Below, piece after piece: positions 26,850 to 37,494 of a stretch of DNA of 64,000 nucleotides. The notes beneath the pieces were generated by a model. The model was not told where the DNA came from and made no database searches. It worked only from the letters and a program-made list of their open reading frames with translations. This stretch comes from a bacterium (GTDB lineage: Bacteria; Actinomycetota; Acidimicrobiia; Spongiisociales; Spongiisociaceae): the NCBI GenBank assembly GCA_028821235.1, contig JAPPGV010000128.1, positions 53,401-117,400 of the forward strand, given 5' to 3'. The number at the start of each line of letters is the position of its first letter. The stretch's first letter is position 1. Made by a program: the position numbers and the translations under genes.

Positions 26850-29261
26850 ATGACGACAGATCGGCGCGCCCCCGTCCGGGGCGGCATCGGGGCTTCCGTG
26901 CTGAGGCACGAGGACCCCCCCTTGCTGCGTGGCCGGGCCCGCTACATCGCCGACATAAGCCTGCCCGGCCAACTCGCCATGGTCGTGGTCCGGTCTCCGG
27001 TAGCCCACGGAACCCTGAAGGCGGTGGATACCTCCGAGGCGGTCGCCCTCCCGGGGGTCGAGGCTGCGTTCACGGCACAGGATCTGGTCGGCTCGCTGGG
27101 CCATGTGCCCCGCATCCCGCCGAGGGTGTCGTTCGACGAGACCGTACTCCCCTACCTGCAGCCGCTCCTGGCCGTCGACCGGGTCCGCTACACCGGCGAA
27201 CCCCTGGCAGTCGTGGTGGCGGAGGACCGCTACCTGGCCGAGGACGCGGCCGAACTGGTCTTCGCAGACATCGACCCGCATCCGGCAGTCGTCGACGCGG
27301 GTCCGCAAGCCGAGCAGGGAGAGCAGCTGTTCGAGACCGGGAACCTGGTGACGACCCTGCATGCCGAGTTCGGCGACATAGAGGCCGCCTTGCGCGATGC
27401 CGAGCGGGTGATCGAACTCGAGTTAAGCATCGGCCGGCACAGCGGCGTCCCGATGGAAACCAGAGGCCTGGCGGTGGAGTTCGACCCGGGCACGGGACGT
27501 CTGACCGTCTATGGAGCCACCAAGGTACCGCACTGGAATCTGAGCACGACGGCCGAGCTCCTCGGCATGCCGCCCAGCCGTATCCGGATGCGCGAGACCG
27601 CCGTCGGGGGAGGCTTCGGTGTTCGTGGAGAGCTGTACCCCGAGGATGTGCTAGCAGTGTGGGTGGCGAATCGGCTCCGGCGGTCGGTCTCCTGGATCGA
27701 AGACCGCCGCGAGCACCTGGTAGCGGCCAACCACTCACGCCAGCAGAGGCACCGGGCCAGGATCGCGGGAGGCGCGGACGGCCGGATCGCCGCCATCACC
27801 TCGGACTTCGACATGGACGTTGGCGCCTACACCCGTACCCACAGCATCCGAGTGGCCGACCTGACACTGTCGATGATCCCGGGTCCCTACGACCTGGACG
27901 CCTACCGGGGCTCGGCCCGGTGCGTGGTCACCAACAAGACGCCCACCGGCACCTACCGGGCACCCGGACGTTTCGAGTCCAGCTTCGTCCGCGAGCGCCT
28001 GATCGATCTGTTCGCCGCCGAGATCGGCATGGATCCGGTGGAGGTACGCCTACGCAACCTGATCCGGCCCAGCCAGATTCCGTATCCTCGACCGCTGTCC
28101 TCCACCGGGGAACCGATGCTGTTCAGTGACGGCGACTTCCCTTCGATCCTGACGCGGCTGGTGGAGTCCTTCGACTGGAAGGGGGTCGAACGGCGGCGAT
28201 CCGACGGAGAGCTTGTCGGGGTGGGCCTGGCGATGTTCCTGGAGAAGTCCGGGCTTGGACCCTGGGAGACGGGTGCGGTGGAGGTCGATCCGGACGGTCT
28301 GGTGCGGGTCCGCTCCGGGTGCTCCTCGGTCGGCCAGGGAATACGGACCGTGCTTGCGCAGATCGTGGCTGACCGGCTGCAGGTCGATTACGGCGCGGTC
28401 CGGGTCGAGCTGCTGGACACCGATCGCACCGCCTACGGGACCGGTAGCTACGCAAGCCGGTCGACGGTCACCGCGGGAAGCGCCCTGGTACAGGCTGCAG
28501 ACGAGATCATCGACCTGACCAAGCAGGTGGCATCCGTCGAGTTCGAAGTGGCCAAGGAGGATCTGGAGTACATCGACGGTGGGGTCCGAGTGCAGGGCTC
28601 GCCCGGCTTCGGGATGTCGATCTTCGAGGCCGCTACCCGTCTCCACCCGATCACAGCCCCTCGCTACGGGCGCGAGCGCCCGGGCCTTGTGGCCGAGTCG
28701 GTGTTCGATGTCGAACGGGTCGTCTACCCGTGCGGCGCCAACCTGGCGGTGGTCCGGGTGAGCCCCGACACCGGTGAGGTCACGGTCGAGTACCTGCTGC
28801 TCCTGTACGACATAGGGCGGGCGATCAATCCGATGCTGGTGGCCGGCCAGATGGAGGGCGGGGCGATTCAGGCGATCGGCGGGACCCTCTACGAGCAGTT
28901 CGCCTACGACGACGACGGCAACCCGCAGTCGGCTTCCTTCATGGATTACCTCCTCCCAACCCTGTCAGAAACCCCCGTGATGGAGACCATCATCGGGGAG
29001 ACGGCTCCAACCGCTACCAACCCGCTCGGCACCAAGGGAGCCGGAGAAGGCGGAGTCCCCGGCGTGGCCGCGGCGATCGCAACCGCCATAGAACAAGCCT
29101 TGGGACAACCCGGCCTGGTGACCGCGGTGCCCATTCTTCCCGAGAACCTGGTTGTCAGGGATCTCGAGGATGACCACGTAGATGCTTTACAGGAGCGGAT
29201 CGATAGTCGCGAGGCGGATATCTGGGAGTCGGTAGTGGGGGACGGCCTTATACCCAAGTGA
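26850..29261 (+). CDS. Xanthine dehydrogenase-family molybdopterin-binding large subunit (L3), divergently transcribed
   Basis: VGGGFGVRG, GTYRAPGR, KGAGEGG; start inferred at ATG 26850. Confidence 0.9.
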   Translation: MTTDRRAPVRGGIGASVLRHEDPPLLRGRARYIADISLPGQLAMVVVRSPVAHGTLKAVDTSEAVALPGVEAAFTAQDLVGSLGHVPRIPPRVSFDETVLPYLQPLLAVDRVRYTGEPLAVVVAEDRYLAEDAAELVFADIDPHPAVVDAGPQAEQGEQLFETGNLVTTLHAEFGDIEAALRDAERVIELELSIGRHSGVPMETRGLAVEFDPGTGRLTVYGATKVPHWNLSTTAELLGMPPSRIRMRETAVGGGFGVRGELYPEDVLAVWVANRLRRSVSWIEDRREHLVAANHSRQQRHRARIAGGADGRIAAITSDFDMDVGAYTRTHSIRVADLTLSMIPGPYDLDAYRGSARCVVTNKTPTGTYRAPGRFESSFVRERLIDLFAAEIGMDPVEVRLRNLIRPSQIPYPRPLSSTGEPMLFSDGDFPSILTRLVESFDWKGVERRRSDGELVGVGLAMFLEKSGLGPWETGAVEVDPDGLVRVRSGCSSVGQGIRTVLAQIVADRLQVDYGAVRVELLDTDRTAYGTGSYASRSTVTAGSALVQAADEIIDLTKQVASVEFEVAKEDLEYIDGGVRVQGSPGFGMSIFEAATRLHPITAPRYGRERPGLVAESVFDVERVVYPCGANLAVVRVSPDTGEVTVEYLLLLYDIGRAINPMLVAGQMEGGAIQAIGGTLYEQFAYDDDGNPQSASFMDYLLPTLSETPVMETIIGETAPTATNPLGTKGAGEGGVPGVAAAIATAIEQALGQPGLVTAVPILPENLVVRDLEDDHVDALQERIDSREADIWESVVGDGLIPK

Positions 29262-29413
29262 GGCGCGGCCAGATTACATATCGCCAACCCCGGCCGGTAA
29301 CGCACTTCAGAATCTGCCTGACCCGGTGGTAGCGGTGGAGTTTGTCAATTATATAAGGTTACAAATGGTAAGTTTCGCCAGAGAGATCTGTCAATTAGAA
29401 CTAGGATCAAGGT

Positions 29414-30669
29414 ATGGGCCTGTTCGCTCGCCATATCCGAACCCAGATAGAAGAAGCGATGGATTGGGCCCGGGTAATCATGATCCACGGCACCCGCCAG
29501 AGCGGCAAGACCACCCTCGCCAAGATGATCGCAGAGGACGCGGGGGTACGTACGCGTCGATGGAGGACGACGGCCTACGAGAGAGCGTTCTCGACGATCC
29601 GGTGACTTTCCTCGCACATCAACGCTATCCCCTGGTAATCGACGAGGTTCAGCGTGGCGGCGACAGGCTCGTGTTCGCCGTGAAACGGCTCGTCGACGAA
29701 GAGAGGACGCCCGGTAGGTTCATACTCACCGGCTCGACCAATTTCCTGACCGTGCCGAACATCAGCGAGTCCCTGGCCGGACGGGTCCAGATCTTCCGCC
29801 TGTGGCCGCTGTCGGAGGCGGAACTCGTCGGAACTCATCCGACAGAGATCGACCTCTGGTTCGAAGGCGGCCCCGATCCGATCCCGGCATCAGAGCTTGA
29901 CCGCGCCGACTACCTGGCGCGGGTGTGTCGGGGAGGCTACCCGGAAGCCGTCAGCCTCGACCCCGGCCGGCGGCGCCGCTGGTTCGAGGGATATGTCGAG
30001 ACCGTCGTCCAGCGTGACATCGCCGCTCTTGCCGACATCCGCAGGGCCTCCGCCCTGCCACCGTTGCTCAGATGGACCGCCGCACTAACCGGCAGGCAGG
30101 TCAACCTTTCCGACGCTTCTCGACGATTGGGGATAAGCCGGCCGACAGTCGCCGGGTACATCGAGTGGCTCCAGACCGTCTTCCTCGTTCACGAGCTCCC
30201 GGCGTGGTCCCGCGGCCTGGCGCCGGGGGCCGGACGGCGACCCAAGTTCTATCTCTCCGACTCCGGCCTGGCCGCCGCCCTGCTCGATGCTGACGCCGAT
30301 TCCTTGATCTCGCCCACTGCTCCCGCGACAGGGCCGCTTCTGGAAACCTTCGTCGTAGGCGAGATCGCCCGGCAGCTCTCCGCGTTACCGCGGGCTGCCA
30401 CGCTCTCCCACTACCGCGACTACAAGGGCCGCGAGATCGACCTCATCCTCGGCGCAAGCAACGCCGATGTCGTAGCCGTGGAAATCAAGGCCACCACCTC
30501 CCCCCGCTCGAAGCACTTGGATCATCTTCGCTGGCTTCGCGACAGGCTCGACGCGGTTTCCCCGGGCGCCTTCCAAACCGGCATCCTCTTGCACACCGGC
30601 CCCTACGCCCTCTCCATGGGTGACCGAATCCATATGCGCCCGATCGACTGCTTGTGGTCCCGCTCCTAA
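29414..30669 (+). pseudogene. AAA_14 ATPase + DUF4143 protein, frameshifted
   Basis: Walker A GTRQSGKT lies in ORF 29414-29605. Walker B IDEVQ, TGS and the C-terminal EIDL..VEIK are in another frame. One base is missing in the G5 run at 29542-29546. Confidence 0.75.
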
Positions 30670-30855
30670 GGCGCCGCGGGCCACCGCTGGGGAACCCACC
30701 GCGTCCACAAGTGGGGAACCACGGTTGGCCAGACGGCGTATCCCCCACCGACTCCGTCCGAGACATCCGTGATCGAGCCGTCCCGGTCGAGCAGCGCCGA
30801 CCCGGACCGACCGCCGGGAATCAAGGTGCCGGAGAAGGTGGCCTACCCGGCGTCC

Positions 30856-31830
30856 TCAACCGGAGAGGAGTTCTTCGGCGGTCCCGCGCAGGATCCTCAG
30901 ACGGCTATCCGACCCTAAACCGGCCTGGCGGCAGGCCCGCTCTATGAACGGGAGGGGTGAGTCGAGGCTCATCGGGAACGGCGCGTCGGTCCCGGCCGCG
31001 ATCCGGTCCGGACCGACCGACTCGATCATGAAGGCCAGAGCCCGCGGATCGTGGAGCAGGGTGTCGTAATAGAAACACTGCAGGATCGAATCCGGATGTT
31101 CGACCGCCCAGTCGAAACCGGGTGCGTGACGGGACGCGTGCACGGCCCGGCCCGCCAGGTAGGGCAACGTCCCGCCTCCGTGGGCCAGCAGGATCCTCAG
31201 CCCGGGCCACCTGGTGACGACCCCGCTGAAGTAGAGGCGCATGGCCGCCAGGGTGGTCTCGAACGGGTTGCCGCAGACGTTTCCCAGGAAGTGGACCTTC
31301 ATGCGGTCGCCGCCCATCACCCGATGGGGATGGATGAAGATCAGCACCCCCAGGGATTCTGCTGCCTCCCACAGGGGTTCCAGGCCGACCTCATCTAGGT
31401 CCCTACCGTCGATCTGGGTCGGGATGGCGCCCCCGACGAATCCGAGTCGCTCGACGCACCGGCGCAGTTCCGCGGCTGCCAGGTCGCCGTCGGTCACCGG
31501 TAGGGCCGCCAGCGCCCGGAAGCGGGATCGACCATCGAGGTCGAGGGCGGTGGCGTCGTTCATGGCTGTACACCATCTCCGAGCGTCGCTACCGGGGAGA
31601 TCGTCACCGGCGACGTCCATCCAGGGCGACAGCACTTGGAGGTCGATTTCGCGTTCCGCCATCCACCGGGTCCGGTCGGGCAGGTCCATGAGAGGTGGCG
31701 GAACCGGCCGCGAGGGACCTGATGGGAACTCGAGAATACGGCCATCGCGGCGGAGGCGGGCCGGCAGATGACCCTCTTCCGCCCAAGTGAGCAGCGTCGG
31801 CGGCAGGTAGTGAGCGTGAAGGTCGATCAC
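30856..31830 (-). CDS. Amidohydrolase_2 family (ACMSD-like decarboxylase/hydratase)
   Basis: IDLHAHY, FIHP, AHGGG, GTDAPF; start uncertain. Confidence 0.85.
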   Translation of the reverse strand: MIDLHAHYLPPTLLTWAEEGHLPARLRRDGRILEFPSGPSRPVPPPLMDLPDRTRWMAEREIDLQVLSPWMDVAGDDLPGSDARRWCTAMNDATALDLDGRSRFRALAALPVTDGDLAAAELRRCVERLGFVGGAIPTQIDGRDLDEVGLEPLWEAAESLGVLIFIHPHRVMGGDRMKVHFLGNVCGNPFETTLAAMRLYFSGVVTRWPGLRILLAHGGGTLPYLAGRAVHASRHAPGFDWAVEHPDSILQCFYYDTLLHDPRALAFMIESVGPDRIAAGTDAPFPMSLDSPLPFIERACRQAGLGSDSRLRILRGTAEELLSG

Positions 31831-31846
31831 GGAGTCATGCCAACGG

Positions 31847-33448
31847 TTAGTCGACCGACCCATCCCGCCAGGCGACATCGCCGCCCACGATGGTCATCGA
31901 TGGAAACGTCGCCGCCAACTCGTCGGGAGGTAGCGGGCGGGGATCGCGGGGCAGGACCGTGAAGTCCGCCAGGTAGCCGGGAGCGATCCGGCCCCGTTCG
32001 TGACCGAGTCCGTCGGCTTCGGCCGCCCAGCGGGTCATCATCGTTATCGCCTCGTCGAAGTCGATCCCTTCCTCCGGTCCCCACACGTTTCCTTCCGCGT
32101 CCACACGGGCGGTCGCGGTCGCCACCGCGGCCATGGGGGAGGCGTCGGGTATCACGGGGGTGTCGGAACTGTGGACCGGCTTGAGACCGGCGTCCAGCCA
32201 GCTCCGCAGCGGGTACAGCTGCCCGACCCTCCGCTCCCCCAGCGCGGCCAGAAAGTCGGCCGAGCGCAACCTGAGGAAGGCCAACTGCGGTACCGGAATG
32301 ATCCCGGCCCGGCGCATGGTGTGAATCGTGCCTGGCGACGTGAGGCAGCAGTGCTCTATCCGGTGCGACCGGGTCCCGCCCACCGGTGGATACGCGGCGA
32401 GCACGTCCGCCACGGTTTCGGCGGCGGCATCGCCAATGGCGTGGACGCACATCTGCCATCCGACACGTGACCCCTTGCGGACTGTGGACTCGAGATGGCG
32501 CTCATCGAGGTGCATCGAACCGCATGACGACGAGTCCTCATAAGGCGCCGACAGGAGAGCCGTACGCGGTCCGAAGGCACCATCCACGAATACCTTGGCC
32601 CCTCCGATCCGGAAGCCGGTCTCACCTACTCCAGGACGCAGCCCCAGATCACCTGCGGCATCGAGAAGTTCAGCCCTGATCATCGACGTGAACCGGAGCC
32701 GTAGAGCATCACGTTCACTCATCCGTAGGAATGCCGCCACTTCTTCACCGAGCCGGGACATGGTCAAGGGGGCGGCGTTGGTCACGTAGGTGAAGCCCAG
32801 CGACAGGAAGTAGTCTGTGGCCAGGTCGATCGCCTGCTCGTCCTCGGTGTCCGACCACGGAGGTATCACGGGATCGAGCAGGCTCCGGGCACCGTCGAGG
32901 AACTCGCCCGTCGGCTCGCCGTGTTCGTCGCGGACGATCTCGCCGTCGGGCGGGTCCGGTGTGTCGGCACAGATCCCCGCCGCTTCCAGAACGGCGTGGT
33001 TGACGACCCGGCGGTGGAAGTCGAAGCTGTCCAGAACGACGCAGCGCCCGGCTTCGACATCGAGTTCGGTGGCGGTGGGCGCCCTCCGCTCGGCCAGCCG
33101 GGCCGGGTCGTATCCGCGGCCCTTTATCCAGCGGCCCGGCGCCAGGCTCCGGTGGGCCTCCCGCACTCGCCCGACGATCTCGGTCACCGACGCCACGTCG
33201 GAAGGCCAGCACGGGACCCCCATCCGGGATCGGCCGTAGTTGACCGCATGGACGTGGCTGTCGGCGAATCCGGGGAAGGCAACTCCGCCACCGAGGTCGA
33301 CGACCTCGGCACTGCCGGCCACCGCGTCCCTTACTTCGTCGAGATCGCCCAGCCAACGGATCCTCTGACCGCTGACGGCGACCGCCCCGATAGGACGGTC
33401 GCCGTCAGCGAAGAAAGATGCGTTTGTCAGTATCCGATCAGGAGCCAA
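31847..33448 (-). CDS. Amidohydrolase_3 family (YtcJ-like)
   Basis: PGFADSHVH, HAIGD, RIEH, SSDTP, GRIAPGYLADF. Confidence 0.88.
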   Translation of the reverse strand: MAPDRILTNASFFADGDRPIGAVAVSGQRIRWLGDLDEVRDAVAGSAEVVDLGGGVAFPGFADSHVHAVNYGRSRMGVPCWPSDVASVTEIVGRVREAHRSLAPGRWIKGRGYDPARLAERRAPTATELDVEAGRCVVLDSFDFHRRVVNHAVLEAAGICADTPDPPDGEIVRDEHGEPTGEFLDGARSLLDPVIPPWSDTEDEQAIDLATDYFLSLGFTYVTNAAPLTMSRLGEEVAAFLRMSERDALRLRFTSMIRAELLDAAGDLGLRPGVGETGFRIGGAKVFVDGAFGPRTALLSAPYEDSSSCGSMHLDERHLESTVRKGSRVGWQMCVHAIGDAAAETVADVLAAYPPVGGTRSHRIEHCCLTSPGTIHTMRRAGIIPVPQLAFLRLRSADFLAALGERRVGQLYPLRSWLDAGLKPVHSSDTPVIPDASPMAAVATATARVDAEGNVWGPEEGIDFDEAITMMTRWAAEADGLGHERGRIAPGYLADFTVLPRDPRPLPPDELAATFPSMTIVGGDVAWRDGSVD

Positions 33449-34522
33449 TCAGCAGTCGGTTTCCAGGTCGTTGGCCTCGTCGATGATCGCTTGCTGGTCG
33501 AAGTCATTGATCTCGTCGAGCAGGTCGTCGATGACGTACTGGCCCATGTCGATCTGCTGGGAGATCAGGCCACCCTGGATGAAGATGTTCACATACGTAT
33601 TCCACCCGGCCGCGTCGAGGAAACCGAACACGTAGTCCCCACCCTCTTGAGGGGCAGTGGTGATCTCGATGACGGCAGCCAAACCGGCCCGCCCTTCGGC
33701 ATCGTCGGTGAACTCCTCGGGAATGAGTTCCTTGAGAACGCACACCGCGCCGTCGATGTTGGCGTAGGCCACCAACTGGCCCTTAGCCGTGGCACGGCCA
33801 AGACCTATCAGCAGTTCGTCGTCGTCCTTGAAGTCCTCGGCCGCCAGCAGGCCCTCAGCCGGGAGGGTATTGAGCGAGGCAGGCGCGATCGACACCGTGT
33901 CGAGGCCCGCCGCGTTCATCGAAGCTATGTCCGACTTGGCGGACGAGTAGGCGTCGATCCGGCCGTCGTCCAGAGACGCCTTGACGCTCGGAGCATTGGT
34001 GCCCACCTCGATGATCTCGACATCGGAGTCGGGGTCCAGTCCTGCTTCAACCAGCAATGCCCGCACCAGTGGAACCTCTCCACCGGCCAACTCCGAGATA
34101 CCGATCTTCAGTCCGGCCAGACCACCGATGTTCGTGATCGACGATCCGGCTGGGACGACCACGTCGAATACCTCACCGTAGGCGTAGGTGAAGAACGGGT
34201 AGAGGCCCGCACCGGCCTCGATCGCGGGCAGCATCGCTCCCGGAACACCCATTCCCGCCTCGGCGTTGTTGGCGGCCAGGATCTGCGCGACATCGGATGA
34301 TCCGCCCGTACCCTGGAGGCTCACGTTGAGACCCTCGTCCTCGTAGTATCCGAGGCCTACGGCGATCCAGTAGCCGTAACCGAACCCACTCGTCGTCGAC
34401 AGGGCAAGGTTCACGTCCCGGAGTTCCTCGTCCTCCGCGCACGCGGCTCCGATCATCGCCAGTACGACGGCAAGCGCCAGCATGACCGACCAGGGTCGTG
34501 CCCAGCGGGTAGTTGGTTTCAT
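33449..34522 (-). CDS. ABC transporter substrate-binding lipoprotein (NMT1/THI5/SsuA-like)
   Basis: Signal ending IGAAC; GYYEDEGLNV; acidic protein; AAGGAGG SD. Confidence 0.85.
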   Translation of the reverse strand: MKPTTRWARPWSVMLALAVVLAMIGAACAEDEELRDVNLALSTTSGFGYGYWIAVGLGYYEDEGLNVSLQGTGGSSDVAQILAANNAEAGMGVPGAMLPAIEAGAGLYPFFTYAYGEVFDVVVPAGSSITNIGGLAGLKIGISELAGGEVPLVRALLVEAGLDPDSDVEIIEVGTNAPSVKASLDDGRIDAYSSAKSDIASMNAAGLDTVSIAPASLNTLPAEGLLAAEDFKDDDELLIGLGRATAKGQLVAYANIDGAVCVLKELIPEEFTDDAEGRAGLAAVIEITTAPQEGGDYVFGFLDAAGWNTYVNIFIQGGLISQQIDMGQYVIDDLLDEINDFDQQAIIDEANDLETDC

Positions 34523-34577
34523 ACGTTCCTCCTTGTCTCGGTGAGCGCCGTGCTCACAACGATTCTATCTAGGTGGT

Positions 34578-35423
34578 CTAGTCGACATCCACGTGCCAGA
34601 AGAGCAGGTTCCGCTCCAACCGGGCAGCCAGCAGGAACAGCGCCAGACCTATGAGAGCCAGCATCAAAAGGTATGCGAACACATCGTCGCTGCGAAACTG
34701 GAAAGCCGCCGTCTCGATCAAGTGGCCGGCCCCCTCGTTGGTGGCGGTCAACTCGCCCACAATGGCGCCAATCAGTGCGAAGGTTAGAGCCGCCTTGAGC
34801 CCGGCGAAGACGGTAGGGACGGAACTAGGAAGCCGCAGATGGCGGAAGGTCTGCCACCGGGTGGCCCTCAGCGACCTCATGAGCAGTCCAGCGTTCTCGT
34901 CGATGACGGTCAACCCGGTGATGGTGTTGATCAGGACCGGGAAGAAGCAGATGGTCGCCGCCAGCGCGATCTTCGAGGCGATCCCGAACGCGAACCAGGC
35001 GATGAATACGGGTGCCAGGGCCACCCGGGGGGTCGACTGGAACAGGATGATCACCGGGTAGAAGGCTTTTCTGAACGTCGGCACCAGGGCTACGTAGGTT
35101 CCCAGGAGGAACCCTCCGCCGGCTCCCAGGACGAAGCCGATCGCTGTCTCCTGGAAGGTCACCCAGAAGTGCCATAGGACGAAGGGGGTAGTGATGGCCT
35201 CGAAGAACGCCGGGATAATCTCGGATGGCTTGGACAGGACGATCTCCGGCCAGAAGGATGGATCGAGCCAGCTGAGAAACTCCCAGATAAGGCAGAAACC
35301 GACCACAACCGCGCCCGTGAGCAGGATCTGGGTACTCATCCTGCGGAATCGGGAATCGGGACTGGACTCGGGCAGAGAGTCCACTCCGATAGCACCGGCG
35401 TCGGACATGGTGTCGGTGTCCAT
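34578..35423 (-). CDS. ABC transporter permease (SsuC/TauC-like)
   Basis: PRVALAP, FFPVLINTITGL, and EAA-like LRATRWQTFRHLRLP...GAIVGE. Confidence 0.9.
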   Translation of the reverse strand: MDTDTMSDAGAIGVDSLPESSPDSRFRRMSTQILLTGAVVVGFCLIWEFLSWLDPSFWPEIVLSKPSEIIPAFFEAITTPFVLWHFWVTFQETAIGFVLGAGGGFLLGTYVALVPTFRKAFYPVIILFQSTPRVALAPVFIAWFAFGIASKIALAATICFFPVLINTITGLTVIDENAGLLMRSLRATRWQTFRHLRLPSSVPTVFAGLKAALTFALIGAIVGELTATNEGAGHLIETAAFQFRSDDVFAYLLMLALIGLALFLLAARLERNLLFWHVDVD

Positions 35424-35441
35424 TCGGAACTCCTTCCCTCC

Positions 35442-36233
35442 CTAGAAGAGACCCAGCACTTCGCGGATGTAGTTGACGGTCTCGGTGAACTCCGGCAGCC
35501 GCCGGGACCCCGGGACTCGCGGCCTGGGAAGCTCGACTTCGACCACATCCAGGATGCGGCCCGGTTTCGTTCCCATGACCGCCACCCGGTCCGACAGGAA
35601 CACGGCCTCCCTGATGTTGTGGGTCACGAACACCATGGTCTTGTGCTCATGCTCCGCGATCCTTGCCAACTCGCTGTTCAGGTGTTCCCTGGTGAACTCG
35701 TCCAAGGCGCCGAACGGCTCGTCTAACAACATAAGGTCCGGTTCCGAGACCAGCAGCCTGCACAGGGCCACGCGTTGCTGCATTCCGCCGGACAACTCGC
35801 GGGGGTAGTGCTGTTCGAAGCCTTCGAGGCGGACCAACTCGATCACGTCCGCGATCCGTTGTTCTCCGTCCAGCCCCATCGTGCCGGTGATCTCGAGCGG
35901 CAGGGAGATGTTACGGATCACGTTGCGCCATGGGAAGAGTGTCGAGGTCTGGAACATCAGACCGATCTCCTCCCGAGGCTCGACAATGGCGTTTCTCCCG
36001 AGATACACGCTTCCCGACGTGGGGCTCAGGAGACCGGCGATGATCTTGAGAAGTGTCGACTTGCCGCACCCCGAGGGCCCGACCAGGGTGAGGAACTCAC
36101 CCTTCCTCACCTTCAGCGAAACGTTCTGCAACGCCACCAAGGGCTGCCCGTTCTTCTCGAATACCTGGGTTATGCGGTCGATCGTAAGCGACGATCCACT
36201 ACCTGGAGTCCGGGAGGCGGAACCTGCAGACAC
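35442..36233 (-). CDS. ABC transporter ATP-binding protein (SsuB/TauB-like)
   Basis: GPSGCGKST, LSGGMQQR, LLDEPF, VTH; start inferred at GTG 36233 after GGGAG. Confidence 0.92.
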   Translation of the reverse strand: MSAGSASRTPGSGSSLTIDRITQVFEKNGQPLVALQNVSLKVRKGEFLTLVGPSGCGKSTLLKIIAGLLSPTSGSVYLGRNAIVEPREEIGLMFQTSTLFPWRNVIRNISLPLEITGTMGLDGEQRIADVIELVRLEGFEQHYPRELSGGMQQRVALCRLLVSEPDLMLLDEPFGALDEFTREHLNSELARIAEHEHKTMVFVTHNIREAVFLSDRVAVMGTKPGRILDVVEVELPRPRVPGSRRLPEFTETVNYIREVLGLF

Positions 36234-36448
36234 TGTCTCCCGAACCTCCCTGTCGCTCCGCTGGCGTTGCGGGCTGATCGTAGACGCAACTCTGGCAGCC
36301 GAAAAAACGCTCTCGTTCCTGGAGGTTTGCTGCCATGTGAGGGAGGATGGTCGGGTTCGGGATGTCGTGACCGTCATCGGCGGGGCATCGAGCGGGCACT
36401 ACTCTCCCGTGGATGGCGGACACCTCTCTGCGGCAGCCTCCCAGGACG

Positions 36449-37468
36449 ATGACGGCTGCGGAACTTAGCCGCGATCGAACCCTGCGGCTGGCGCGCCGGT
36501 CACTGCCCGAGCCGCCGAGCGGTTGGGTTGTCGTCCGGGTCGCCGCCGCCGGTGTCTGCGGGACGGAACTCCACTTCCTCGAAGGCCTCCTCGACCCGGG
36601 AGGCCAACCGCGAGTACTCGGACACGAAGTAGCGGGAACCGTGTGCGATCCGGCGACCGATGCCGGGGTTCGGGGCCAGCGGGCGGCCATATACAACGTG
36701 GTCAACTGCCGAGCCTGCCGCTACTGCCGTTCGAACCGGGATCGCCTGTGCGAACGCTCGAACGGCATGATCGGCTTCACCGTCGATGGAGGCTTTGCCG
36801 AATACGTGGCCGTCCCGGAGGCTAACCTCGTTCCTCTGCCCGAGACTGTCACCTTCGAGGCGGGGGCGGTGCTCGCCTGCAGTGGGATGACCGCGGTTCA
36901 CGCCGTCCGCCTGGCCGGAATCGGGATCGGAGATCCCGTGGTGGTGAACGGCGTCGGAGGGGTCGGTCTGATGCTCATCCAGGTGGCGGCGCTAGCCGGC
37001 GCCGCCGTCCTTGCGGTGGCGGACGACCCCGCCAAGCTGGATCTGGCACGGAGCCTCGGTGCGCGGGCAGGGATCCTGATCGACCATCCGCAAGGTTACG
37101 AGGATCTGGACCGGCAAGCCCGCCGGCTACTGGGCCGTGCACCGGACGCGTTCTTCGAGACAGTCGGGACGAGAGAAACGATGCACGCCGGGTTCAGCTG
37201 CCTGGCCCCCGCCGGCGCCTTCATCCAGATCGGATACACGAGCCAGCCCCTGGATATCCACCCGGGAGCCCTGATCAGGAACGAACTCCGTATCCTGACC
37301 TCGGCCGCCGGCTCCAAGAACGACCTAGAGACTGCCATCGCGCTGGCCGCACAAGGCCAACTGAAGACCGTAATCGCCAACCGAACCGGCCTCGACGGGC
37401 TCGAGGCCGCCATCCTCAGCCTGAAAGACCGCCGCGTCCTGGGCAGGAACGTGGTGACGCTGGCGTGA
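36449..37468 (+). CDS. Zinc-dependent alcohol dehydrogenase (MDR family)
   Basis: CGTELH, GHEVAG, CxxCxxCx7C structural Zn site, GVGGVG; start 36413 or 36449. Confidence 0.88.
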   Translation: MTAAELSRDRTLRLARRSLPEPPSGWVVVRVAAAGVCGTELHFLEGLLDPGGQPRVLGHEVAGTVCDPATDAGVRGQRAAIYNVVNCRACRYCRSNRDRLCERSNGMIGFTVDGGFAEYVAVPEANLVPLPETVTFEAGAVLACSGMTAVHAVRLAGIGIGDPVVVNGVGGVGLMLIQVAALAGAAVLAVADDPAKLDLARSLGARAGILIDHPQGYEDLDRQARRLLGRAPDAFFETVGTRETMHAGFSCLAPAGAFIQIGYTSQPLDIHPGALIRNELRILTSAAGSKNDLETAIALAAQGQLKTVIANRTGLDGLEAAILSLKDRRVLGRNVVTLA

Positions 37469-37494
37469 TCGGTTCCCGCATCCGCCATCGTCCC

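Noticed and set aside
20748-29261. Calling the Mo enzymes aerobic CO dehydrogenase (coxL)
   Set aside because: The AYxCSFR loop is absent; loops are YRAPGR and YRGVSR.
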